Part shown: positions 16,892-25,908 of the stretch, in pieces
Numbering within the stretch: position 1 is the first letter of the stretch
How the letters are laid out: each line of letters starts with the position of its first letter
Source: Desulfobacterales bacterium
GTDB lineage: Bacteria; Desulfobacterota; Desulfobacteria; Desulfobacterales; UBA5616
Direction of reading: 5' to 3'
Length of the DNA: 64,000 nt
Assembly (NCBI GenBank): GCA_046483495.1
Contig: JAWODC010000077.1
Coordinates: forward strand, 5,143-69,142
Made by a program: the position numbers and the translations under genes
Notes under the pieces: generated by a model
Told to the model about the DNA's origin: nothing
Seen by the model: only the letters and a program-made list of their open reading frames with translations
The model's database searches: none

Positions 16892-18211
16892 TTACATGGC
16901 TGATTCCGGGTGAAAAACGTTAACCTCTTTGAGATCATCACCCAGGTACTCCCGTTCATTCGGTCCGAGAATTCCCAGGGAGAGACAGATCAAAGTCCAC
17001 ATATGCACTACCGGATATCCACCGCCGAAATGTTCGCTCAATTCATGAATCTGAGCATGGCAATTATGGCAGCCGGCGATGACGTAATCGGCTCCGGTGG
17101 CCTTGATTTGGTCATCTTTGAGCTTGCCGAAAGCCAAACGCTGTTCCTTGAAACCGGATTGGAGAAAGCCGCCGCCGCCGCCGCAGCAGAAATTGTTGGA
17201 GCGGTTGGGCGTCATATCGATAAAGTTCTCCTCACCCACCACGGCCTTGACAACATACCTGAGGTCATCGGCAATGGCGTCACCATAGCTCTTTCTCACG
17301 ATCTGGCATGGATCCTGAACGGTGAATTTGATCTTCAAGTCCTTGTTCCAATCCGAATTGACCTTGAGCTTGCCTTCACGTATCCACTTGGCGTAATATT
17401 CGTAGATGTTTTTTACTTCAAAATTGTGCTTGATGTTGAACTTTTTCAGTCCGGCCCGGACTGAGAAGGTGACGTGCCCTCACTCGGTATTGAGAAATAT
17501 TTTACATCCCAGCTTGTCGGCCTGTTCCGCGGTCGTTCGGGTGATGTGCTCCCACGCCTCGTTGTCCGCGAGAAACATGCAGTAGTTTTCACCGCCCCAC
17601 CCACGGCTGCCGTAGGTCCAGTCCGCCCCTGCCAAATGCAGAATTTTCCACAGGGGAACCATTTCGTCCGGCTCGGTAACCGGTTCCCTGGAATTCTGGT
17701 TTAAAAAGAACTCGGCTCCCTCTTTGTCGATGGGGGCCTCCATATCGGCGAATTCCGGCTGGGCTTCACGGTATTCTTCGAGGACGTCCTCCACGACGAA
17801 CTGGAAATCTTCCGGAGTGGCCCCCATGGCACTGGTGCTGTCATTCCTGAGGGCCATATCGCATGATCCCAAAATCCCTTTCGGGCGTTCGTCTCTCGGA
17901 CGAAGGTTCCTGGCGTTGTAGACCAGCTGGGGAATATCGATTTTCATGGGACAGACGTAAATACAGCGCTGGCACATGGTGCACATCCACGGCCAATCCG
18001 ATTTGTGTATTTCATCGTCCATTCCCAAGGCGGCCATTCGCAGAAATTTTCGGGGATCCATGCCGTCCAGGCCTGTCGCCGGACATCCCGAAGAGCAGGC
18101 ACCGCAGGTAAGACAAAGGTTCAGATTGCCGCCTTCCGGCAGCAATTCTTTCACTTTGTCGATAAATTGAGATTTTTTCTTGCCTCCAAGTTTAACCACT
18201 TGATCCGTCAT
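16892..18211 (-). CDS. HdrD/GlpC-like Fe-S oxidoreductase (2x[4Fe-4S] + CCG domains), probable selenoprotein with UGA-Sec at 17480-17482
   Basis: ORF-track entries 17480-18211 and 16892-17338 are in the same frame (588 nt from 17479 to 16892). The 47 codons between the TGA and the first Met are open and protein-like (GHVTFSVRAGLKKFNIKHNFEVKNIYEYYAKWIREGKLKV...). Motifs: CLTCGACSSGCP, CTMCQRCIYVCP, DPCQ..X39..FCCGGGGG..AGCHNCH. A hairpin lies 17 nt after the TGA. Confidence 0.65.
17447..17463 (-). promoter_or_regulatory. Candidate bacterial SECIS hairpin
   Basis: The mRNA reads UGA-N16-CAGUCCG GGC CGGACUG (7-bp stem, G-rich apical loop), placing the loop about 23-26 nt after the UGA. Confidence 0.5.
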
Positions 18212-18573
18212 TTAGCGCTCCTTTAATCGAATTTTCAATTTGGATATCCCGATGCGGTAATCCGCAATAGGTTTTTCAAAACAGGATGGATGCCGGAAAA
18301 ACCAATCGGAAATACATATTTTTAACCTTTTATAAAAAGGGCTTAGCTTTCTGCACGATCTAAATCTGTTGACACATGCACCTCTTTTGGCGACTTTCAG
18401 GATGCATCCACGCCGCTGAGGGTGGCCGCCAATCGTTCAGCAACCCGAAAAGACCGCTTCCCAGAGTGATGTTTCCTCTTATAACACCTGGAAATTAGAA
18501 GTCAAGATTTCCTGTCAATTTGAAAGCCTGCGCTTGAAATTATCAGCGCTTCGCGGTCGGTGTCCGGCGGGTT

Positions 18574-19299
18574 CTATCCGTCCTGCAGATGGTTTTTAGC
18601 GTATACCTGTTCGAAATATTTTTTATGTTCCTCTTTTATCACTTTTCGATAGAAATGGTACAGAAAAAGACTCATGACCTCGGCGGACTTGTTGCCGATT
18701 TCATGAAGCTCCTCCTTTGACATATACGCATCCCAATGGGGTATGAATTTATTGACGTTTTTTTTGACCATATCCCGGAAAAGATCCGTATAGTGTTTAA
18801 GATTTTCCGGGCTGATGCCGTCCCGCGGGCCCATGCCGATCTGGTCCATCTCGACCAGCAGTTTGCCGATGATGACGTTTTCCCGTGAATACGATTTCTG
18901 TTCCCCGATCCTATCGAACGTAATGATTTCCCAGTCTTCAAATATTTTCAACCATTTCGTGCTCATTCCGGTGGCTTTGCGAAAGGCTGCCTCGCCGATC
19001 AGGCTCCCGGAGAGCAAGTGGTCAAGCGGGCGAAAATATTCGCTTAAAAAACGGAAAGAATGCTGTTCCGACAGGGATTCCTTTCGCATTTTCCGCAGAA
19101 GCTTTTTAATCACGGGGATCGGCAGAAAATAGTTTTCCCGAAGAGCCTTGATCAACTGAATTTGTTCGATGTATCCTTCGTGATAATCAGCTACGTTTTT
19201 TCCCGTCTTCCTGGGCTTGCGCAGCACCCCTTCCCGTATATAGTAGTGGATCGTCTCCCGTGAAACGCCGGTTTTTTTTACGAGCTCGCCGATTTTCAT
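18574..19299 (-). CDS. MerR-family transcriptional regulator with long C-terminal domain
   Basis: MKIGELVKKTGVSRETIHYYIREGVLRKP is the MerR HTH. Start taken at this Met rather than ORF-track 19449. Confidence 0.8.
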   Translation of the reverse strand: MKIGELVKKTGVSRETIHYYIREGVLRKPRKTGKNVADYHEGYIEQIQLIKALRENYFLPIPVIKKLLRKMRKESLSEQHSFRFLSEYFRPLDHLLSGSLIGEAAFRKATGMSTKWLKIFEDWEIITFDRIGEQKSYSRENVIIGKLLVEMDQIGMGPRDGISPENLKHYTDLFRDMVKKNVNKFIPHWDAYMSKEELHEIGNKSAEVMSLFLYHFYRKVIKEEHKKYFEQVYAKNHLQDG

Positions 19300-19538
19300 C
19301 CCTGTTTCCTGTGCCTGTGCCGATGGGCTGCGGTTTTCGATATAACGCCGAAAACCATATGCCACCCGCAAAATTGTGTCAAGAATGAAAATCCGTTTCA
19401 AAGTATATAGTATATTATTCGAATTGCCTGATACAGAGAATCGGCACATGCGGCGGCAAGCCGATCCGGGTGTTCATAAGCGCTTTTTCTTTGAGTGGTC
19501 GGCATAGAAAACGGTGAAATGGCTCCGCATGTTTTTAC

Positions 19539-19567
19539 TTGACAAGGCTGCGCCCATACCTTAGTTA
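19539..19567 (+). promoter_or_regulatory. Sigma-70-like promoter TTGACA-N17-TAGTTA
   Basis: Read directly, 200 nt upstream of the thiolase ATG. Shares TTTTTACTTGAC..N17..TAGT architecture with 36518-36546. Confidence 0.35.
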
Positions 19568-19767
19568 AAAAATAAATAGTATGGAATGAACTACATAAAA
19601 TATAGGCTCTAAATCCATGGAAAAAATAATGGATCGGCCGCCGGTCTGCAGAATGGTTAAGGGGCCGAAACCGGCCGGTGGTGGATGGGCTTTTTTCAGC
19701 CGGGTCAAGGCCCGGAATTCATCCTGATAACCATCCGGCGGCACATCACAAACGAAAGGAGTATCAG

Positions 19768-20955
19768 ATGGCGGGGATAAAAGAATGTGTATTTATCGAC
19801 GGCGTTAGGACACCGAATGCCAGAGCCCACAATGAAAAAGGCTGGTTCAGGGATATCCGGCCGGATGAACTGTTGACGGTCGTCTACAATGGGCTGTTCG
19901 AACGGAACAAAAAGGTCACCCCCGATGCGCTCGATGCGGTTCTCGTGGGTTCTGCAAATTTGTCCGGCATGCAAAACGATATTGGAAGAATGGCGTGGCT
20001 TGCATCCGGCTTCCCGGAATCCGTTCCCAGCCAATCGATTTCCAACCAATGCCCGTCAGGTATGACGGCCGCCATGAATGCGGCGCGGGCGATTATGTGC
20101 GGTGAGGCGGACATCATGATCGCCGCCGGTGTGGAAGATATGGAAAAGATTCCCATGGCGGCCAACATGGATTTCCCGCCGCGTCTGCTTAACCGCTATG
20201 ACATGAACGACCTTCCGATGGGAAGTACGGCTGAGAAGGTGGCGGAGCAGTTCGATATTTCAATCGATGATATGAACAATTTTGCAATTCATTCGAACAG
20301 GAACGCCGCAGCCGCTCGAGAGGCGGGCAAATGGAAAAAAGAAATTATTCCTGTAAAAGGCAAAGAGGTTGACGGGACGGAAATGCTTGTGGACCGGGAC
20401 CAGTGGGTCCGGGAAAAGATGGATAAAGAAAAGATGAAGCTGATGGTCAGCCCGTTCAAACCCGGTGGACGGGTGACCGCGGCCACATCATCTCCCCTGA
20501 CGACCGGAGCCGCCGCCCTGTTGATGATGAGCCGTGAAAAAGCCGATGAACTCGGACTTTCCTATACCTATAAATACAGTTACGGCGTTCAGGTGGGAAA
20601 TGATCCCACAGTAATGGGTTTGGGCCCCATTTATGCGGTGAAACGGCTCTTCGAGAAGACCGGACTGACACCGGATGATATCGGGCCTATCGAACTCAAT
20701 GAAGCCTTTGCCGGCCAATCATTGGCCTGCATTCGCGAATTGGGGATCGACAATCCGGATGCACCCTTTAAACGGGTCAATGTATGGGGCGGCGCACTGG
20801 CGTTGGGTCATCCTTTAGGCGAATCGGGTGCACGCCTGATTGTGACCCTGCTGAATATTCTCAAAACCGATTTTCCGGAGGAAAAATACGGCCTGGCCAC
20901 GCTTTGCGGCGGTTTCGGCAATGCCAATGCCGTATTGATCGAGAAAATAAAGTGA
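19768..20955 (+). CDS. Acetyl-CoA C-acyltransferase (thiolase)
   Basis: AAGGAG SD, then MAGIKECVFIDGVRTP. Also NQCPSGM (active Cys), NEAFAGQ, GHPLGESGARL and CGGFGNA. Confidence 0.9.
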   Translation: MAGIKECVFIDGVRTPNARAHNEKGWFRDIRPDELLTVVYNGLFERNKKVTPDALDAVLVGSANLSGMQNDIGRMAWLASGFPESVPSQSISNQCPSGMTAAMNAARAIMCGEADIMIAAGVEDMEKIPMAANMDFPPRLLNRYDMNDLPMGSTAEKVAEQFDISIDDMNNFAIHSNRNAAAAREAGKWKKEIIPVKGKEVDGTEMLVDRDQWVREKMDKEKMKLMVSPFKPGGRVTAATSSPLTTGAAALLMMSREKADELGLSYTYKYSYGVQVGNDPTVMGLGPIYAVKRLFEKTGLTPDDIGPIELNEAFAGQSLACIRELGIDNPDAPFKRVNVWGGALALGHPLGESGARLIVTLLNILKTDFPEEKYGLATLCGGFGNANAVLIEKIK

Positions 20956-21005
20956 AGTCGCCGATGTTATGATTTCAATGGAATGAAAAGGAGATAGATA
21001 AGAAA

Positions 21006-22823
21006 ATGGCACAAGTATTGGCGGATAGACGCGATATCGATTTTGTTATCTGGGAGCAGATGAAAGGGGAGGAATTTTTAAACAACGGTCATTATGAAGA
21101 GTTTAACCGTAAGGTATGCGACATGATGATCACCGAGGCCCGAAAGATTGCCATCAATGAGGTGTACCCGACCATGAAGGACGGAGACCAATTCGGGGTG
21201 CGGCTCGAAAACGGAAACGTGTACGTGCCGGAATCCTATCATCGTCCATACGAAATTTTAAAAGAAGGGGAATGGGGGAACCTGACGGTGCCTGAAGTGA
21301 TGGGCGGTCAGGGGGCGCCGGCTTTTATCGGAGATGCCGTTTCCGAATACTTTATGGCGGCCAACTGGTCCCTGTATGGGTATCTTACCATGGGCAACGG
21401 TACGGCGCACATGATTCAGCTCTACGGCACCCCGGAGCAGAAAGCGACGTATGTCGAGAACCTGACCTCGGGGAAATGGGGCGGAACCATGTTGTTGACG
21501 GAATCCAATGCCGGCAGTGATGTCGGTGCACTGGAGACCACGGCGGTGCCCAACGGAGACGGAACGTATTCTCTGACGGGAAATAAAATATTTATCACGA
21601 ACGGTGAACACGACCTGGTCGAAAACATTATTCATCCGGTTCTGGCGCGCATCGAAGGAGCCCCTCACGGAACCAAGGGCATCTCCATCTTTATCGTACC
21701 CAAGTATCTGGTGAATGAGGACGGCTCGTTAGGGGATCAAAACGACATCGCCTGCACCGGTGTCGAAGAGAAAATGGGGATACACGGCAGTGCCACATGC
21801 AGTATGGCCATAGGTTCCAAGGGCAAATGCGTCGGATACCTTCTCGGGGAGGAGAATAAGGGCATGAAAATCATGTTCCACATGATGAACGGCGCCAGAA
21901 TGCATACGGGACTTCAGGGTCTGGCCTATGCATCGGCGGCATACATGCTGGCGGTCAATTATGCCCGTGAACGAATCCAGGGCAGGGATTTGGAAAATTT
22001 TTCCAACCATGCCGCTCCCTCGGTACCGATCATCCATCACCCGGATGTCCGCCGGAATCTGCTGAAAATGAAATCCTATGTTGACGGTATGCGGAGTTTT
22101 TATTATTACGCATCTACAATCGCCATGAAGCTTGCCCACGCCGAAACGGATGAGGAAAGAGCATTTTATGACGATCTGTACAGCCTTTTCACCCCTATTA
22201 TAAAGGAATACCTGGCGGTCAAGGGTCACGACGTTTGCATTCAGGCCATCCAGGTCTACGGGGGGGCCGGATACACACAGGATTACCCTGTGGAGCAATA
22301 TGCCAGGGACTGCAAGATCGCATCCATTTACGAGGGAACCAGTGGGATTCAGGCTATGGATCTGCTGGCGCGAAAACTGGGCAGGCAAAACGGACGGATT
22401 TTTCAGTATTTCATCGACGAGGTGAACAATACGATCGAAGCGGCCCGAGGCTATGACGCACTGTCACTTTCGGCCGACCGGCTGGACGAGGCGGTCCGGC
22501 GCCTGACTGAGGCCGTCAGTGCGATAAGTGCGGCCGCAATGTCGGAGCGGTTTAAGGCGGCGTTTTCCCATTCATTGCCCCTTCTGGACACCATGGGTGA
22601 CACCATCGTTGGATGGATGCTCTTGTGGCGGGCGGTAATCGCGGCGGAAAAGCTTGCCGGAAAACCCAAAAAGAAAGACGCGATGTTTTACGAGGGGCAG
22701 ATCAAAACCGCCGAATTCTATATTCGAACGCTTTTGCCGGCCTCTATGGGCATCATGGATGGGATCATCGACGGCAGCGGGGCTGCCGTGGAAATGCCGG
22801 CTGAAGCGTTCGGCGGAATGTAA
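21006..22823 (+). CDS. Acyl-CoA dehydrogenase, long (605 aa) form with extra N- and C-terminal domains
   Basis: ACAD core motifs (LTESNAGSD, IYEGTSGIQAMDL) plus a ~150-aa C-terminal extension. Confidence 0.9.
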   Translation: MAQVLADRRDIDFVIWEQMKGEEFLNNGHYEEFNRKVCDMMITEARKIAINEVYPTMKDGDQFGVRLENGNVYVPESYHRPYEILKEGEWGNLTVPEVMGGQGAPAFIGDAVSEYFMAANWSLYGYLTMGNGTAHMIQLYGTPEQKATYVENLTSGKWGGTMLLTESNAGSDVGALETTAVPNGDGTYSLTGNKIFITNGEHDLVENIIHPVLARIEGAPHGTKGISIFIVPKYLVNEDGSLGDQNDIACTGVEEKMGIHGSATCSMAIGSKGKCVGYLLGEENKGMKIMFHMMNGARMHTGLQGLAYASAAYMLAVNYARERIQGRDLENFSNHAAPSVPIIHHPDVRRNLLKMKSYVDGMRSFYYYASTIAMKLAHAETDEERAFYDDLYSLFTPIIKEYLAVKGHDVCIQAIQVYGGAGYTQDYPVEQYARDCKIASIYEGTSGIQAMDLLARKLGRQNGRIFQYFIDEVNNTIEAARGYDALSLSADRLDEAVRRLTEAVSAISAAAMSERFKAAFSHSLPLLDTMGDTIVGWMLLWRAVIAAEKLAGKPKKKDAMFYEGQIKTAEFYIRTLLPASMGIMDGIIDGSGAAVEMPAEAFGGM

Positions 22824-22828
22824 AAACG

Positions 22829-22861
22829 TCCATCCGGAAGTGAGACCGTTTCCGGATGGAC
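22829..22861. repeat. REP-like hairpin GTCCATCCGGAA-N9-TTCCGGATGGAC
   Basis: 12-bp perfect arms, 6 nt after the ACAD stop. Same family as 16828. Confidence 0.75.
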
Positions 22862-23037
22862 ATAAGTACAATCTTCCGACCTCCGGCCGCATGTCAAAGC
22901 AACGCGTTGGTATGCCCGCAGGTAGACGTGCGGCCCGTTTCTACCTCGATCGAATACCATTCGGTTGAAAAAGCGTCAATTCAACTGAAATCACATGCTC
23001 CTCACTTTCCCCGTACTCAACCAAAGGAGAATGTCAA

Positions 23038-24705
23038 ATGGAGGAAAAACGTCCCTGGACCCGGCACTATGACTACAATGTGCCTTTGGCAATCCGCTAC
23101 CCGCACTGGACGACCCCGGACCTGTTCCAGCTTCCGGCCAACCAGAATCCGGACCATACGGCCCTTAATTTCTTCGGGACCGAGATGACATTCTGGCATT
23201 TACGGTCACGCATTCTTGCCATGGCCAATGCACTCGCCCGGCTCGGGATAAAAAAGGGAGAGCGGGTCGGCATTCATTTGCCGACCAGCCCCCAATACAT
23301 CATTTCTTTTTTTGCCGTGACAGCTCTCGGGGCCGTTGTCGTAAACCTCAATCCCATGTACACCAATCAGGAGCTCAAGAACCTGGCTTCGGAGACCGGC
23401 ATGACCACGATCATCACGTTCGATCGGGTTCTTCCCACCATTCGGGACCTGGTCCGGGAAGTGCCGTTTGACCGCGTGGTCGTAACGGCTGTAACCGATT
23501 TTGTAGAGGGCATGCCGCTGTCCACCGCTCGCAGCCTCGAGCTTGCAAAGGGATGGCACCACTTTTCAGCACTGCTTGAGGAATGTCCCGATACCAAGCG
23601 GCCCCGCGTGGAAATTTCCCCGCAAGATCCCGCAGTCCTTCAGTTTACCGGCGGGACAACAGGTATACCCAAAGGAGCCGTCCTGACCCATTCCAATATC
23701 ATTGCCGGAACGTTTCAGTGCGCCCTCTGGGGAAATGCCACCATGGGAAACATCCCAATCGAACGGCGGTCGGTACTGGGTGTTCTGCCGTTTTTCCACG
23801 TGTATGGATTGATCGTCGTGATGTGCTGGGCTCTTTTCAATTCGGCTACCCAGATTTTGGTGCCCCGGTTCGAACTTGAAGAAATGATGGATCTGCTCGG
23901 CAGGTTCGAGGAGATTTCCTTTTTCCCCACCGTTCCCACCATGATCAATGCCATTGTCAATCACCCGCGCGCCGAAGAACTGGAGCTCGGCAAACGGCTG
24001 GGGGTCTTGAACTCGGGGGCCGCGCCCATATCCGTGGAACTGATCGAACATATCAAGGACATGGGCATCTTTTTTGCCGAAGGATGGGGAATGTCCGAAA
24101 CCACTTCCCTGGGCATATCCAGTCCTCAACTGGGCCTCAAGAAACCCGGCAGCATCGGCATTCCATTCCCCGACACCGACGTGCGGCTGGTGGATGTCGA
24201 AAACGGAATACATGATGTGAAAAAAGGGGATCCCGGTGAGATTTTGATTCGAAGCCCCCTCGTGATGGCGGGATACTGGAACAATCCCGAAGCAACGGCC
24301 AGGGAGCTGGAAAACGGCTGGCTGCATACCGGTGATATCGCCGTTCAGGATGAAGACGACTATTTCTTCATCGTAGACCGGAAAAAGGACCTCATTATCG
24401 CCGGCGGGTTCAACGTGTACCCACGGGAAGTGGATGAGGTGTTGTACCAGCACCCGAAAATCGCCGATGCGGTGACCATCGGCATACCCGATGAATACCG
24501 CGGTGAAACCATCAAATCCTTTGTTGTGCTCAAACCCGGGGAAACCGCCGATTCCGAAGAGATCATCGGGTTCAGCCGTGAAAAGCTTGCCGCCTACAAG
24601 GCCCCGAAGTTTATCGAATTCCGAGAGTCCCTTCCAAAATCCGCAGTGGGCAAAATTTTAAGAAAGGTGCTTCGTGCCGAGGAGGAAAAAAAGGAAAAAT
24701 CGTAG
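23038..24705 (+). CDS. AMP-dependent acyl-CoA ligase (fatty-acid-CoA ligase family)
   Basis: LQFTGGTTGIPKGAVLTH AMP-binding motif, GWGMSET, GWLHTGD and PKSAVGKILRK. Confidence 0.9.
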   Translation: MEEKRPWTRHYDYNVPLAIRYPHWTTPDLFQLPANQNPDHTALNFFGTEMTFWHLRSRILAMANALARLGIKKGERVGIHLPTSPQYIISFFAVTALGAVVVNLNPMYTNQELKNLASETGMTTIITFDRVLPTIRDLVREVPFDRVVVTAVTDFVEGMPLSTARSLELAKGWHHFSALLEECPDTKRPRVEISPQDPAVLQFTGGTTGIPKGAVLTHSNIIAGTFQCALWGNATMGNIPIERRSVLGVLPFFHVYGLIVVMCWALFNSATQILVPRFELEEMMDLLGRFEEISFFPTVPTMINAIVNHPRAEELELGKRLGVLNSGAAPISVELIEHIKDMGIFFAEGWGMSETTSLGISSPQLGLKKPGSIGIPFPDTDVRLVDVENGIHDVKKGDPGEILIRSPLVMAGYWNNPEATARELENGWLHTGDIAVQDEDDYFFIVDRKKDLIIAGGFNVYPREVDEVLYQHPKIADAVTIGIPDEYRGETIKSFVVLKPGETADSEEIIGFSREKLAAYKAPKFIEFRESLPKSAVGKILRKVLRAEEEKKEKS

Positions 24706-24882
24706 TCCGTGTTCAACCGAAATATTGGAGGGCGGAGCGGGTTTAGGCCATTCGCCGAACGGAGAAGCGAGACGGATGGGACGGGCGCGAAGAGCGGGAC
24801 GGGATAGGGGCTGGATTCGGATTTTCCAGCCAGGCGCTGCGGCTGAGACGGTCTTTTCGGATGCCGGGCGTAAGCGGCATCA

Positions 24883-25908
24883 CTACTGCGATGCCAAAAA
24901 GTCTTGCGCCAGTTCACAGGCGCCGTCAACAATGAGCGGTGTCATGATGTGGGCGGTTTGGGTTTCATGCCGCGTGTGCACCCACCCCAGGTAGGTAAAC
25001 GCCCGCGCCATCAAAAAAACCGGCATCATAGAAAGATATTGGTCGGGCATCGCGCGTTTTTTTCGATACCCTTCGATTACGGCATCCTGCAGCCGGCCGA
25101 AATTATCGTTTCCTATAAATGAGAAGAGATGGGTGGCCAAATCGAACAGGTGCCATCCCCAACCCGAATCATCGAAATCGATCAGGCGTATACCGTCATG
25201 GGTAACCAGAAGATTTTCCGGTAAAAAGTCCCCGTGGATCAATCCATAGCGGTCGCTTGAAAAGCCGAACGCCGACAATTTTCGATGAACGCATTCACGG
25301 GCGGCAATCATCAGCCGGCGCTGTTCGCCTGAAAGTGCGGGAAGCTCCCAAAATCGGCCCCAAAACGGATTTTCTCCAACCAGGCCCTCCACATCCCAGT
25401 GATGGCGGGTAAATCCTTCAGGCTTTTTCCATCGGGATGCCTGGTTATGCACATCGGCGGCTAATTCGCCGATGAGCCGGCATTGGGCTTCCTGAATCGC
25501 CACCTCACCAGCGGTGCCGTTTTCCAATGAGCCAAGCGGCTGTCCATCCACCCATTCAAGCAAGTCGCACTGCCGGGGTTCCGGAACTTCAGCAACGGCT
25601 GCGGTGCAGAACAGATCGCCGGTGGTTGTGGGAATTGCGGCCGGGGTTTTTATCCCGTAATCGTCAAGGGCGCGCATCCACGTAAGTTCGCAGGTCAATT
25701 CCTCATCCGAGTGGTAGCCGTATCGATGGATTCTCATGGCATAGGAGGCGCCGTTGTCGGCGGAAATACGAAAAACGGCATTTTCACGGTGTTTGATAAG
25801 TTCAACCGCGGGATCTTTCATGGCCCACTTTTTTGCCGCTTCCCTGGCAAGCATTGCATACTTTTCAGCCTGCCGCCCGGGCGGCAGGCGATAAAAATCC
25901 TCCGCCAT
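24883..25908 (-). CDS. APH-fold phosphotransferase (homoserine-kinase-II / hydroxylysine-kinase-like)
   Basis: LIHGDFLPENLLV...LIDFDDSG Brenner/DFD motifs. Its start overlaps the stop of the upstream aminotransferase-fold gene as TAATG at 25906-25910. Confidence 0.8.
   Translation of the reverse strand: MAEDFYRLPPGRQAEKYAMLAREAAKKWAMKDPAVELIKHRENAVFRISADNGASYAMRIHRYGYHSDEELTCELTWMRALDDYGIKTPAAIPTTTGDLFCTAAVAEVPEPRQCDLLEWVDGQPLGSLENGTAGEVAIQEAQCRLIGELAADVHNQASRWKKPEGFTRHHWDVEGLVGENPFWGRFWELPALSGEQRRLMIAARECVHRKLSAFGFSSDRYGLIHGDFLPENLLVTHDGIRLIDFDDSGWGWHLFDLATHLFSFIGNDNFGRLQDAVIEGYRKKRAMPDQYLSMMPVFLMARAFTYLGWVHTRHETQTAHIMTPLIVDGACELAQDFLASQ

Noticed and set aside
18574-19449. MerR-type operator (long-spacer promoter with dyad) in the MerR-thiolase intergenic region
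   Set aside because: The best promoter has a normal 17-bp spacer and only a 4-bp AAGG/CCTT dyad. The ATATAGTATAT palindrome at 19405-19415 is more simply part of the -10 region of the regulator gene. No operator claim is made.
24860-24881. Hairpin GATGCCG-N8-CGGCATC between the convergent ligase and APH genes as an intrinsic terminator
   Set aside because: There is no U-tract on either strand, so it is left unannotated.
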